NCBI GenBank assembly: GCA_043228905.1
Contig: JBHGNT010000006.1
Span: 17,732,001-17,796,000, forward strand
DNA from: Azolla caroliniana
Taxonomy: Eukaryota > Plantae > Polypodiophyta
Direction: 5' to 3'
Length of the DNA stretch: 64,000 nt
This document shows positions 12,050-25,800 of the stretch, one piece after another. Every line of letters starts with the position of its first letter. Positions within the stretch are counted from its first letter, which is position 1. The notes beneath the pieces were generated by a model. That model made no database searches. It was not told the origin of the DNA and worked only from the letters and a program-made list of their open reading frames with translations. The position numbers were made by a program, and so were the translations under genes.

Positions 12050-13684
12050 TGTCAAAACAAAGCAAGAGATTGAACGATTGAAGGAAGGTATAAGAGAATA
12101 GAAGAAGAGCAAAGACTGGATTGACAAGAGAAGAGTGGGTTTATTAGAATAGAATGAGTACAAGGATGAGTTGGATACAAGGTAGGCTTGAATCTAAAGA
12201 CTGGTGTTGATTCGAACTGATTTGATATGATCTATTTGTCTCTATTTATAGGTTTCTTTAGAATAGCTTAGAGATTTCTAGAATGTTCTAGAATGTTATG
12301 GACCTAGAATATTCTAGGATGTTCCACAAGATTTCTAGAATGTTCTAGAAAGTTCCAGAAGTTTCTCTAATACAACTATCCTTTCACGTTCTAATAGGTT
12401 ACCTTAATGGTTAGGCTTCGAATTTCGTAATACGAATCCTGGGTTCAAGTCCAGGTGAAGCATAATGTTCCCAGATTCATGATACTATCCCTCCTCTTAA
12501 AACGACGAGTGGAAGGAGTTGTTAACAATGCAGGGCCGGGTTTGTTGGGATAGTGATGATGGAAGTTGTCGATAAGAGCTTGAGCATTACGAACATTATT
12601 GACAGGTTCCCATATGCGATCGCTCGGGGTATACCCTAGCCAATCAACTAGATAATACAACTTATTGTGCACAATCTTAGAATCGAGAATGGAGGCTACC
12701 TTGTACTCTAGCCATTAGCATGTTGGAGAGGAGGCGGCGGCGACACGACATGATTGGGAGTCGAGTTGGTGTGGCAAGGTTCCAAAACAAAGTTGTGAAA
12801 GACTGGATGAAGCCGCAAATTTGCTGGAAGATCAAGACGGAATTTTGCATCATTAATCCGCACCGTGATGACAAAAGGACCCAAGCATTTATAATCTAGC
12901 TTATCACATGGTCGGGTAGTCTTTATGTGACAACATAACAACCATATCCGATCACCAATCTTGAATGGAGACAGAAGATGATGTCGATCTACGTGGGTCT
13001 TATGTTGGGCTTGAGCTTTCTGAAGATGTGAAGATAACTTAGACCGAAGGTGTTGCAGTCAGTGGAGGTGTTGCTCCACACCAGGGTTTGGTGAGATCAC
13101 TAGAATGTCTAAGGTACACCATCGAGGATGGTTGCTAGTATAGGCATAGAAAGGTGTGACCTTGGTAGAAGAGTGTATGATGTTATTGTACGCAAACTCT
13201 GCAAGATACAATATATGACTCCAATCATCTTGTTGATAACTGATGAAACATCGAAGATACTGTTGAAGTGTTTGATTTATGTGCTCTGTTTGGCCATCAG
13301 TTTCGGCATGATATGCTGAAGAGAGTTTGCAAGAGATTTGGAGCCTGTTACATAGGTGCTTCCAAAAGTGAGAGATAAATTGCGGACCACGATCACTAAT
13401 TATGTCGTTTGGAAGACCATGATGGCGAAATACTTCACGCATAATGATATCTGTTGTTTCTTAACTACATATGCTCTTTATATAGGGCAAAAAATGTGTC
13501 ATCTTAGTAAATCGATCCACTACAATTAAAATAGCATCAAAACCTTGTGAAGGTGGCAGATCTATAATGAAATCCATAGAAATTGACTTGCATGGCTTGC
13601 TCGGAATCGGCAATGGTTGTAACCACCCATAAGGATGATGCTTAGGCATTTTGGCTCGACAACATGTGTCACATGTGCGAACGT

Positions 13685-16600
13685 TGTGGTACTGTGAATT
13701 ACACACTATGTGAAATATGTAAAACACCATATCCGATTTAGAGTACGTATAATAAATAAATAAATAAAATAAAATATTAAAAATTTTTATTACATGCATA
13801 GCACAACATTCGAACCCTATACCTCCACGTAGACAAACCCCAGCCTTATCACTATACTAGCATACTATGAGTCTTAAAAGTTATACTCAACTTTATCCCA
13901 TGTAAATATTCTAGATATGCATGGTACAAAAAGTTATTCATGCATACACACTCGAGTTAAAAGAAAAGATGGGATAGAAAGCTAATCATGCACATGGAGT
14001 GTGCATGAAAACTAAAGTTAGGAAAAGCAAGATGTTTGCATGTGATAAACTTAGACTCTTCCAACACTATATAAGGAAGAGAGAAAGATGTATAGGGGTT
14101 GTTGATTATTTTACAAGGGTTGATTAATATAACATAATCGTGGGATCCACGAATTTGCTAACTATTTTTCTCTCTTAATCTGAGCACTCACTAATACACT
14201 ATACTTGTGGGATTCATGAGTTTTTCATATCTTTCTTTGTTACAATATATTTCATATTCTTAATTGCCTTAGAATTTTCTTTCCTCCTAGTCCAAAACCC
14301 CAGCGGTTCCCACCCGACTCATGTAACGATCCGGCACTGAAAGGCACGACACAAGTGGTGAACCCGACATGAAAACGGGTGGCAAGGAGATGGAGAATCA
14401 ACAAGAGGCTAACAACATGATGATGATGTTCGAGCGGATGCTTCAAGAACAACGTGCGATGTCAGAGATAGCGGCGGCAGTAGAGCGGCTCGTGCAACGA
14501 ATCGAGCAATTCAACGAAAAGGACGTATCACGCTATCTTCGGGACTACAAGGCAGAAATGATACGGTGTGGGATTTTGGAAGGACTGCAAGTGACATCCT
14601 TCAACTGGGTAGCTGCTGACGAGCTTCAAGCAAGTATCCACGGGCTACGACAACAAAATCTAACGTGGGAAGCATTTGAAGAGGCGCTAAAAGTCCACGT
14701 TCGCTATCGAGGACTCCTCCAAGGCAAAGCGGAGAGGATTCGAGGATTGGGTGGAAACGCCGGACAAGGGAATGAAGGTCCTCAATTTGTTTTCGGCATT
14801 CGAAAGTCGGTTCGGGAGGTTGTCTACGAGAGATCAAGCTATCCTTGCACCGAACAAAGTTATCATGTTCTTACGAGCCGTAGACGTCCGGGACCGGAAG
14901 GATCTTGGAGTGCGTCTAGAGGACACGACTACCGAGAGTGGCCTCACCGAAACATGGGAAAGTGTGCGGGATATCGTCGCACAATACACAAAGAGGGGGC
15001 AATGGCTTGCCAATGAAGAAAAGAGGGTTTCGGAACCGATTCCGAAACCGAGATCCGGATCGGAAGACCATCACCGTGGGCTCGGGAGACTACGACTGAG
15101 AAGGGAGTCGACACAACCACGGTGGAGCAATTGCTGAAGGAGATGGAGAATCTGAAAATCGTGATGGTGAAGAAGACTGAAGACCGTCCCACAAGTTCCA
15201 AGTACATGGACCGTCGATGCATATGGTGCGATAGCACTGAACATGATCGGAGAGATTGTGACAAACACAAGGAGGCGTTACAACGGGATCTCGCACGAAT
15301 TCGGAGCCAAAGCGGTGAGAAATCCATCCAGTTCCTAACTATGCTGGCAAATCATGAAAGGAACAAGAGAGAGCTCTTGTCCCAAACAAGGATGGATTTT
15401 TAGAGCGGACTATTGTGGAGTGGGGAAGTGATAGTCTGAGAAGCCCTGATACCCCACATAGGAAGAAAACTCTCCGAGAAAAACAAGTACGAATCGGTCT
15501 GGATGGGGCATCAACGGACACGGCCGTAACGGGAGGAATGAAGAAAGAATACCAAAAAGTGGAGGATAAGTTATGGTTGGCATCAATAATAAAAGAAGAC
15601 GAAGAAATCGTGGGAATAGTTGAAGAAATGTTCTATGGGAGCACGCTACAACGGCTTGAAGAGCTTGTGGAGGATAAAAGCCAAGGAGACCGGGTAGTCC
15701 CAGTGGAATCGGTCGAGATGTACGAGATCATTGCGAAAATGGGGCTGGATGCGTTCCGCAAAGAAGAAGCAATGGTAAGTACGAAATACAAGACCGTGGA
15801 GAAGAAAGTTAAACCGGTTGCGGGACCGTTACCCGCCGATAGCGAGCAAAAGAGGAAAGAAGTCTTGGGAGATCCGACACTTTGGAAGTCAGTGGATATT
15901 GGACATGCCTTCACAGATGAGACCAAGAAGAAACTTCAGATCGGTGGAGGTGGTCTCCTTTTACAAAATGAAGAAGAACGATTTCGTGGGATGTTGGAAC
16001 AACATGGGAAAGCATTTGCATTCACATCGAAGGAGATAGGGTGCGTTGATCCGAAGTTAGTGGAGCCGATGGTGATCTTCATGATTGACCATGTGTCATG
16101 GAACCTGAAGCCGATTCCGGTGCCACGGGCGCATATTCCGAAAATCATCGACTTGCTCAAGGAGAAGGTGGCGATGGGGATTCTAGAGCCATCAAACGCT
16201 TCGTACTCAAATCGATGGTTTACGGTTCCGAAGAAGAATGGGTCGCTCCGATTTATCCAAGACTTGCAACCGGTGAACAAGGTCACGATCCGGAACTCTA
16301 GATAGTGGACGAATTTGCGGAAGCATTTGCCGGTCGTGCGATATACTCCATCGGAGACATATACTCAGGGTATGACCAATTCCAACTAGTCGTGGAGATT
16401 CGAGACATCACTACCATGCAGACACCGATATGATTAGTTCGGATGTGTACGCTACCACAAGGCGCGACGAACTCGGTCGCACATATGATGAATGCAATGA
16501 ACAAGGTACTTCGAGACTGCATTCCAAAGATAACGATGTCGTTCCTAGATGACATTCTGATGAAAGGATGCACGGTGGAAGAAAAAGATGACACTAAGGA

Positions 16601-19600
16601 TGATCGGGGATGCCGACAGTTCGTAGTCAACAATATTCGCAATTGCGAGAAAGTGCTATGAAAGTTAGAAGATATGCTCCTAACACTTTCCAGAGAGAAA
16701 TTGGCATTCGGGCAAGAAGAGATATTGGTAGTCGGACATCTATGTGGGCCCTACGGCCGAAGACCATCACCGACCAAGATCTATGCGATTCAAGCTATGA
16801 AAGAAGTATGTGAGTCACAATCCGAAGTCCAAAGGTTTCTTGGAATATGTGCATTCTATCACATATGGATTCTACACTATGCACATATTGCGGACCCACT
16901 CTATCACTTGTTGCAGAAGGGTAAGAAGTTTGAATGGAAACCGGAGCATACCAAAGCCGTGAAGAAGCTCAAGAAATCACTACGGAGGGCAAAAGCACTA
17001 AAGAAGTCGAATTATGACCAACCGATCATAGTAACGGTTCACACAAGTCCAACCGGAATCGGATGGGTCATCAATCAAGCCGACTCGGATGGTTGACGAT
17101 ATCCAATCCGATTCGGAGCAAAGGTTCTCAATGAAAGGCAACACGGATATGCACAAGTCAAAAGAGAATTATGGGGAGTCGTGTCGGCAATCAAATCAGA
17201 TCGAGATTATTTGATCGGAGCCGAAGTAGTGATCAAAATGGATTGTCTTCCGATACTCGGGATCATGCAGTGTTGCACGATATCGGATGTGGCTATGCTA
17301 CGGTGGATTGCATATGTTAAGTGACTTAATCCGGAGGTACGATACATCTCCGGAAAAGAACGTGGTAGCGGATATGCTATCAAGGGCGCGGTTCGGAGAT
17401 GACATAACCGAATCCGATAATGAAGAAGTTTTCGAAGACTACTTTGCTTCGGAGCACATATGCCGGGTGAACGTAATCCGAGAATTCTGGGAAGAAGAAT
17501 ACGAGGAAGAAAGCTTGCTGATCGGGAAAGTGCTACAAGAAATCGAGGAATCATCGGACAATAAAGAGAAGAGAGCCGAGATCCGAAGTAAGAAGCGGCA
17601 AGTCCGAAAGTTCTTCTTGAAAAATGGATTAATATGGAGGGAACCGAAAAGACGAGATGGCATACCACTTCGGGTAGTCGGGACGAAAGAGCAACGAAAC
17701 CGGATAATTTCCATGTTTCACAAATCCGATTGGGCTGGAGATCGGGGGACATGGGCAACATTTTTGAAGATGAAACAAAAAATATGGGTGGGGGAACATG
17801 TACAAAGATATAGCAGAGTTCACGGGAAGCTGCGAGAAGTGTCAAATCTACTCCGGAGTTCGACACCGAGATGAGTTACATCTGACATTCTCACCGACAA
17901 TCAACTTCAAATGGATGGTCGATATTGCAGCCATGCCAACCGGGATTAACAAAAGAAGTATTTGGTGTTAGCTCGGGAAGATCTCACAAACCAAGTAGAA
18001 GGCCGGGCGCTATGAAGGAAAACGTGTTTTGTAGTATGCCAATTTCTTTTGGAGGAGGTGTTTTGCAGGTACGGGTGCGTAGGACAAGTGATTGCGGATC
18101 GGAGAGAACTCGACTCTGATAAAGCTAAGGAATTCTTCACCAACCATGGAGTTCAGTTAACACTAACAACGGCATACAATCCGGAGGCCAACGAGAAAAT
18201 CTAACGAGGACATAGTCTGATCGTCAAAGCACTTGCCAAAGCATGCGACGGAAGGATGAAGGATTGGCCGTAAATGCTTCCTTATGCACTATGGGTGGAT
18301 CGGACGATGCATAACTCCATAACCGGTTACATGCCAGCAAAACTCATGACCAGACAAGCACTGGTAATGGCAACGGAAACCGCGATCGCGACATGGACAG
18401 TGCTACCGTGGAAGGAAGAGATGAGCTAGGAAGGACTACTTGCAGTCCGGATACGAAAACTAAAGGGAAGACCGGAAGACATAACAGAAGCAATACGCCG
18501 ACAACAAGAAGCGCGATTCCGGAATAAAAGCCGGTTCGACACAAAGCACCGACTACGACCGCGGAAGATTGAAGAAGGAGATTGGGTGATTGTCTACGAC
18601 AGTAGTTTGGATCATCAACATGCAACGATGTGGAAGTTCGTGAAAATGTGGTTCGGGCCATACCAGGTTCGGAATGTTTTCGACAACGGAACTTACCGAC
18701 TACGCGAGTTGGATGGAACGATACTACGAGTACCTATAGCCGGGAAACGGGTGAAGATATTCAAAAAGCGGACTGATGAAGAACCCTACGTGATCCTAGA
18801 TAAGACCAACAAGAAGGAGCAATTGGACGAAGATCGCGGTGATGCGGAAAGCGAAGAAAGTGACTTAAGCGGAGAATCGGAGGAAGCTTCGGATGAAGGT
18901 GAACAACAAGCATCGGGGACTTTAGCACATATCGGAGGATGTGCAGGTTCAGAGGGGGCGAGTGTCGTAGTGTGAATTACACACTATGTGAAATATGTAA
19001 AACACTATATCCGATTTAGAGTACGTATAATAAATAAATAAATAAAGTAAAATATTAAAAATATTTATTACGTGCATAGGGCAGGATTCGAACCCTATAC
19101 CTCCACGTAGACAAACCCCAGCCTTACCACTATACTAGCATACTATGAATCTTAAAAGTTATACTAAACTTTATTCCATGTAAATATTCTAGATATGCAT
19201 GGTACAAAAAGTTATTCATGCATACACACTCGAGTTAAAAGAAAAGATGGGATAGAAAGTTAATCATGCACATGGAGTGTGCATGAAAACTAAAGTTAGG
19301 AAAAGTAAGATGCTTGCATGTGATAAACTTAGCCTCTTCCAACACTATCTAAGGAAGAGAGAAAGATGTATAGGGGTTGTTGATTATTTTACAAGGGTTG
19401 ATTAATATAATATAATCGTGGGATCCACGAATTTGCTAACTATTTTTCTCTCTTAATCTGAGTACTCACTAATACACTATACTTGTGGGATTCACGAGTT
19501 TTTCATATCTTTCTTTCTTACAATATATTTCATATTCTTAATTGCCTTAGAATTTTCTTTCCTCCTAGTCCAAAACCCCAACGGTTCCCACCCGACTCAC

Positions 19601-19629
19601 GCAATGATCCGGTCCCGAAAGGCACAACA
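13685..19629 (+). mobile_element. tRNA-Trp-primed Ty3/gypsy element 'C', protease region deleted, inserted in the A integrase
   Basis: 667-bp LTRs at 13685-14351 and 18963-19629. TSD ACGT. PBS tggtgaacccgac at ~14356. PPT agagggggcgag. Gag, RT (FLDDIL), RNase H and integrase remnants with stops. Confidence 0.92.
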
Positions 19630-21173
19630 ACGTAATATTCAACAAATTGTTGTAAATGAGGCCACCAAAATGATCGCTTGACTAGCTCCACGGTCTTGGC
19701 AATAGCAAAGTGTCCGGCCATATGGGCATCAAGACAATGCTCCAACACTCGAAGGCATGGTGATCCATCAAGGACATAAAGGAGATTCTTGTAGAAAAGT
19801 AAGTTATCTTCCCACGTGAACTTTTTATAGCGTCGAGATGTCCCTGGCAATGCATGATTTGGATCAAGGTGGGCGAAGACATCCTTAGCAAAATCATCTG
19901 AGTGAAGATGTTGTTGAATAGTATCAAGAAGACTTGACTCCAGTGGGGTGGCACAAACCGTGATTGCTTGTGGTTTTGCTGGATCAAGCAAAACTTGCTT
20001 TTGATTGTCGAAAGTTGGATGTCTAGGGCGAAGTGCCAAATATGAGGGTCGAGATAGAGCATCTACTTGCCAGTGTTTTTTCCTTGGGCGAAAAATGATC
20101 TTGAAATCAAAATGAGTTAAATATTGTGCCCATCGAGCTTGTCGCCTAGTTAGCATTCGAGCCATTTGAAAATATGTAAGATTTTTGTGGTCACTATAAA
20201 TGATTATTTGATGAGGTGAACCTTCCAAAAAATGTTGCAATTGCACAAAAGAGTCAACCACAACTAGTAACTCTTTGGCATGCACCTCGCAGGTAATCTC
20301 CACAACATTAAATTTTCTTGAGTGAAACACGACTAGATGCAACTGCCCATCTTCACCTGGTTGTGCTAGGATGCTCCCCAATGCAAAGTTGGATGCATCT
20401 GCCTCAATGGTAAATGACTTTTGTGGATCAACATGAGCTAAGACATGAGCTGATATGAATGCCTCTTTCAATAGATTATAGGCTTTGTCCGCTTCGGGAG
20501 TCCAAACAAATGCTTGATTTTTCTTGGTGAGTTCAGTGAGCGGCAATACAATCTTCAAATACTTCCATATGAATTTGCGGTATAAGTTGGCAAAGCCAAG
20601 GAAACACTGGACATCGTGGACGGAACTTGGAGTATGCCATTCCAAAATTGTTTGACTTTTCGTTGGATCCATGAAGATACCTTTGGATGAAATGGTATAA
20701 CCCAAGAACTCAACTTCTTTGCAATCAAAACCGCACTTCTCCAGTTTGGCATAAAGACCATACTCTCTTAAGTGTTGGAGTACCTTCCGCACATGTATAT
20801 CATGCTCCGCTTGTGTTCTAGAGTAAATCAATAGATCATCTAAATAGATGATGAGAAAGATATCTAGAAAATCTCGGAAAATGTCATTTTCCATATGTTG
20901 AAACACGGCGGGAGCATTTGTGAGCCCAAAAGGCATTACTGTATACTCGAAATGGCCATACCAAGTGCGAAATGCAGTCCTCCACTCATCTCCTGTTCGA
21001 ATACAGACAAGATTATATGCAGCCCTTAGATCAATTTTGGTAAAATGCTTTGCCCCACCAATGAGCTCTAAAAGACTGGAATTTAAAGGTACAACATACC
21101 TATTTCTTATTGTGACTTTATTTAATCCCCGATAATCCACGACCAAACGAAGTGAGCCATCCTTTTTCTTCAC
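19630..21173 (-). pseudogene. Family A pol: RT, RNase H and start of integrase
   Basis: 547-aa ORF KKKDGSLRLVVDYRGLN..YLDDLLIYS..EADASNFALG, cut by element C. Confidence 0.9.
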
Positions 21174-22856
21174 GAAAAAGCTAGGAGCACCAGCTGGAGA
21201 CTTTGAATGTCGAATAAACCCACTTGCAAGATTCTCGTTGATCTATGCTCAAAGAACCTCAAGCTCCGTTGGTGACAGATTGTAGATCGGACCCTATGGT
21301 GGCTCTTTTCCTCCATGTAGATCAATGGGACAATCGTACGGCCGATGCTTTGGAAGTACACTAGCTTTGACTTTGTCGAAGACATCAGCATATTCTTGGT
21401 ACTTTTTAGGAATGTAGACATGTGACTTCCCTTGAGTTTCACTAGAAGGTGCAATTGATATGGGAAATAAGAATAAATCTTCTTTTGCTCCTTCTTGGCA
21501 TAATTGTTGTACAGTAATGGTTGAAATCTGATGAAGAGGAACAACGTGTTTAGTAGAGGTTGAATTGGCAACACTATGTTTTTCAAGAGGAGGATCCTGG
21601 GTTCAACCCTTAACTACTATGTTTCCTTTTGAAGGGTACTGTAGTATCGTCTCGAACTCCTCGAATATCTTTCCAGAAGCTATGGGACGTCCATCAATCA
21701 CTACTATAGAAACTGGGCAAGGAAGTTTATGCAAGGGTATTTGATGTTTTCGGCCAAAATCTCTATCCATGAAACAAGAATTGGCGCCGGTATCTAAGAG
21801 AGCTGGGACATGAAGTTGACAACTTGGTGTCCTAACTTGTACTTGGGCAGAAAAAACTCTACTAACATGCTTGGAAGAGATGGAACCCGCACTAGGTTGT
21901 ACAGATCTACGACTGTCCAACCAAATGGCTCCGATTTTGGCTGGACTTATTCATTTTACTCCTCTTCTAATTGTCTTAGGACCTCAAATGTATTGGATAG
22001 AGTTGGATTACTAGAACTTTAGTTGGCACAGTTTCAACGATGCTAGACTCATTTCTATTATCATAGTTAATGTGATGTACGTGACGTCTCGGTCTGTGCA
22101 GGCAGTGAATGGCAATATGTCCTGGACCTCCACAATATAAGCATAGTCGATTTGCTTGACGACATTGTTTCTCTTCATCCAATAACGGTCTTTGTCGCCG
22201 GGTCATGTCAATCTCCATCGGTGTCGGGCTAACCCACCTCGAGATGAATCCGTCAGATAATGTGTGGGATGCATCTGGATCACCAACCGCACTTGATTTA
22301 TAAAACCCCGAAAATGTGCTCTCGAACCATCGAATTCAGCTCGGAGGCTGACTTTGGGCTCCTTAAGAACTCCTTGACCATCAATTTTTAGTTGTTGTAA
22401 AGCAACAATTTCCGACTCTAATTGTTGAACCCTTCGTGTAAACTCGCCGTGTATTTGTTGCTTCTCTACAGAAACCTTATGTAGATCTTGAAGCAGTCAT
22501 TGATTCTCTAGCTCTAGTGATGCAAACTTTCTTTTGAGATTGTCCATTTCTGCACAAGGGCGACATATTCCTATGAGTTGCTAGCATCCATGGTCACTGA
22601 CTAGTGTTTGTGGAAGAGGTAATGGAGAAGAAGTTCGAATCAAACAGTCAGAACAAAGCAAGAGATTGAACGATTGAAGGATGGTATAAGAGAATCAAAG
22701 AAGAGAGGCTAATGGATTGATAAGAGAAGAGTGGATTTATTAGAACAAAATGAGTACGAGGATGAGTTGGATACAAGGTAGGCTTGGAGTTGAAGACTGG
22801 TGTTGATTCCAACTGATTTGATATGACCTAGTTGTCTCTATTTATAGGTTTGTATA

Positions 22857-25800
22857 TATAAAGAATCAAGTGATGGATTCTTGTGAAGCGGAAGAGATGT
22901 GAGTTATGTGTGTGTGTAAGAGAGAGAGAGAGAGTGAAACACAGAGAATACGCAAGGTAAAGTATATTGACAAAGGAGAAAGACTCAACCAAATACAAGG
23001 TGGGAGGAGGGTGCTTTATATAGTCACCCTCTCTCTTCATTAACTACAAGGCTCATGGAGCATGGGGAATGTGAAAGCTCATAAGTTATGTGTCATAGAA
23101 TATGATTCTATGACTCATACTAAATGCTAGAATACAAAGTGGTGACATAGTGGTGACTCTTGACCGTTGGAGTGTCTATTCACTCTCAGGGTGAGTTCAC
23201 ACACTAGACCAAGTTGAGCTTGATTCTCAACACGGCCCCTCAAGCTCAAGTCGAGTCGGTTTCAGACGGTATCCAAAATACGCTTCACCTCGCGTTCTGG
23301 AGTTCGCGTCGATTCACATTTATGCGGAGTTGCGGAATCCATGCTCCAGCTTGCATTGTGCATAGTTGCGAAGTCTATGCTTCAGCTTGCGTCTTTCTTC
23401 GTGGCTTTGCGCGGTTGCGGAATCTACGTGTTATTGCGATTGCGTAGTGTCTTGCGTACTCCCCCTCAAGCTTGGCAGGTTAGGAATCGTTAATCCAAGA
23501 TCGGTCATGAATTGCCATAGCTTGTCGGCTCCTAAGGCTTTAGTGAAGATGTCGGCCGTTTGAAGATTGGTGCTAATGTGTTGTAGGTCGACATCGCCAG
23601 CCAGAACGCGCTCTCGGATGAAGTGATAGTGCACTTCGATGTGCTTTGTCCGCGCGTGGAACACCGGGTTCCAAACCAGATAGATACTGCTCATGTTGTC
23701 GCAGTAAAGGGAAGTCGGATCCTTGATGGGTACGCCCAGATCCTTCAAAATCCTCTTGAGCCATATGGCTTCACACGCAGCTACGGTTGCGCCCCTATAT
23801 TCCGCCTCTGTACTCGAAAGAGCTACGGTAGGCTGCGTCTTGCTACTCCAGGGTATTGCTCCGCTGCCGAGGGAGAAAACAAATCCGGAGGTTGATCTTC
23901 TATCAGCTTTGTAGTCGGCCCAATTGGCGTTTGTGTACCCCTCGAGTCGTATTGGCATCGCGGTCTTGTAGAGGATGCCGCAATCCATTGTGCCGCTGAC
24001 GTAGCGTAGAACTCGCTTAGCGTAATCCAAGTGAGTATCACGCGGTGTTTGCATGAAGTGGCTAAGGAGACCGACCGGATAACTGAGATCGGGTTGTGTG
24101 ATCGTGAGGTAGATGACACTCCCGATGAGTTGCCGATACTGAGTCGGCTCACACGCTTTGGTGTTGGAGTTCGCATCTAGTTTGAGATTACGATCGAGCG
24201 GGGTTGCCATGGATTTGCACTCAGCCATCCCGAACTTGTATAACAAGTGGAGGATGTAGTGTCATTGAGAGATCATGATTCCGGCCGGAGTCCGAATTAC
24301 CTCGATGCCTAGGAAGTAGTGGACCTCCTTCGTGTCCGTCATCTCGAACTTGTCGAAAAGTAGGGATTTGACCTTAATGATTTCGACGAGATGCTCACCT
24401 CCAATGACTAGGACATCCACATATAAAATGATGACGATCGGACTTGCGGAATCACTTCGTATGTAGAGGGAGTTGTCTGATTTTGACATACGGAAGCCGA
24501 TTTGATGAAGATATTGCGTTATCTTCGAATGCCAAGCACGCGGTGCTTGCTTGAGGACGTAGAGTGGCTTCTTGAGTCGGCAAACAGCTTTCAGATGGGT
24601 GCTCGAGTTGAAGCCGGGTGGTTGGATCATGTACACCTCCTCTTCTAATTCGCCTTGTAGAAAGGCGTTCTTGACGTCCATTTGATGGAGGTGCCACCCT
24701 TTCGCCGCAACAATCGCAATTACGGTCCGCACCGTCGTCATCTTTGCCACCGGGGCAAAGGTCTCTTCGTAGTCGACGCCATGCGTCTAAGCGTATCCTT
24801 TCGCTACGAGTCCAGCTTTGTAGCGGTTTACGGAGCTATCGGCATTATACTTCACCTTGTAGATCCATCTACATCCGATCGCCTTTTTGTGTGGTGAGGT
24901 GGGAACGAGATCCCACGTCTCGTTCTTTCGTACTCTCCTGCATCTCCTCGTTCATTGCTTCGATCCATCACAGGTCCCTCGCGGCTTCTGAAAAGGTCTC
25001 CGGTTCCCGTACTGTCGCTACCTTCATCATAAAGGCGTAATGGTACGCCATATAATCGTTGTAGCCGAATCAGCTTACGAGGTTCTTTTCACAAGTTGAT
25101 CGGCGGAGCTTTTGATTTGCAGAGATGAGGGCTTTCTTAGCTCCGATTGGTACCTTGAAACCGCCGAACTCACTGTCCAGTGAGTGAGTCAACTCATCGC
25201 CGTTGAAGCGATCATCTTCGTATTCCGACATTTTCACCTTGCCTTTGTCCATCTTCGGGCTAGGCCGTCATGTGCTTTGATCGCTCAAAGGCTCTTGTGG
25301 TCCGCTCAGTCGAAGATGTGGACTTGTCAAAAACAACGTCTCGACTTACTCGAGATTTTTGAGTTGAGGGGTTGTAGCACTTGTACCCCTTTTGCTCCAA
25401 TGAGTATCCTACGAGGATACATTTCTCCGACTTCGGGTCAAGATTTTGACGCTTCTCATTGGGGATGTGCACGTACGCTATCGCGCCGAATATCCGGATG
25501 TGCGATAAGTCTGGCTTCTTTCCGAAGTATTTTTTATGCGGAGTGACCTCATGCATGCCGGATGTTGTGCACCGATTCATTAGGTAGACGGCCGTATTGG
25601 TAGCTTCGGCCCAATATGACTTGGGCATATGCTTCTCGTTCATCATGGCCCGCGCTACTTCGAGGATGTGCCGATTTTTGCGCTCGGCTACTCCGTTTTG
25701 TTGCGGAGTGTGTCGGCAAGTGAATTCTCACCGAATTCCTTCCTTTCGGAGATACGCCGTGAAATCGTCCGAGAAGTACTCGTTGCCGCCATCCGATCGA

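Noticed and set aside
12395-12465. Functional tRNA gene (and the similar hits at 19074, 43618, 9930)
   Set aside because: No acceptor stem and the sequences sit inside LTRs. Reported as tRNA-like modules instead.
21480-21645. Foreign segment inside family A pol with a B-box-like gggttcaaccc
   Set aside because: Too short, with no clear termini or TSD, to call a SINE or LTR.
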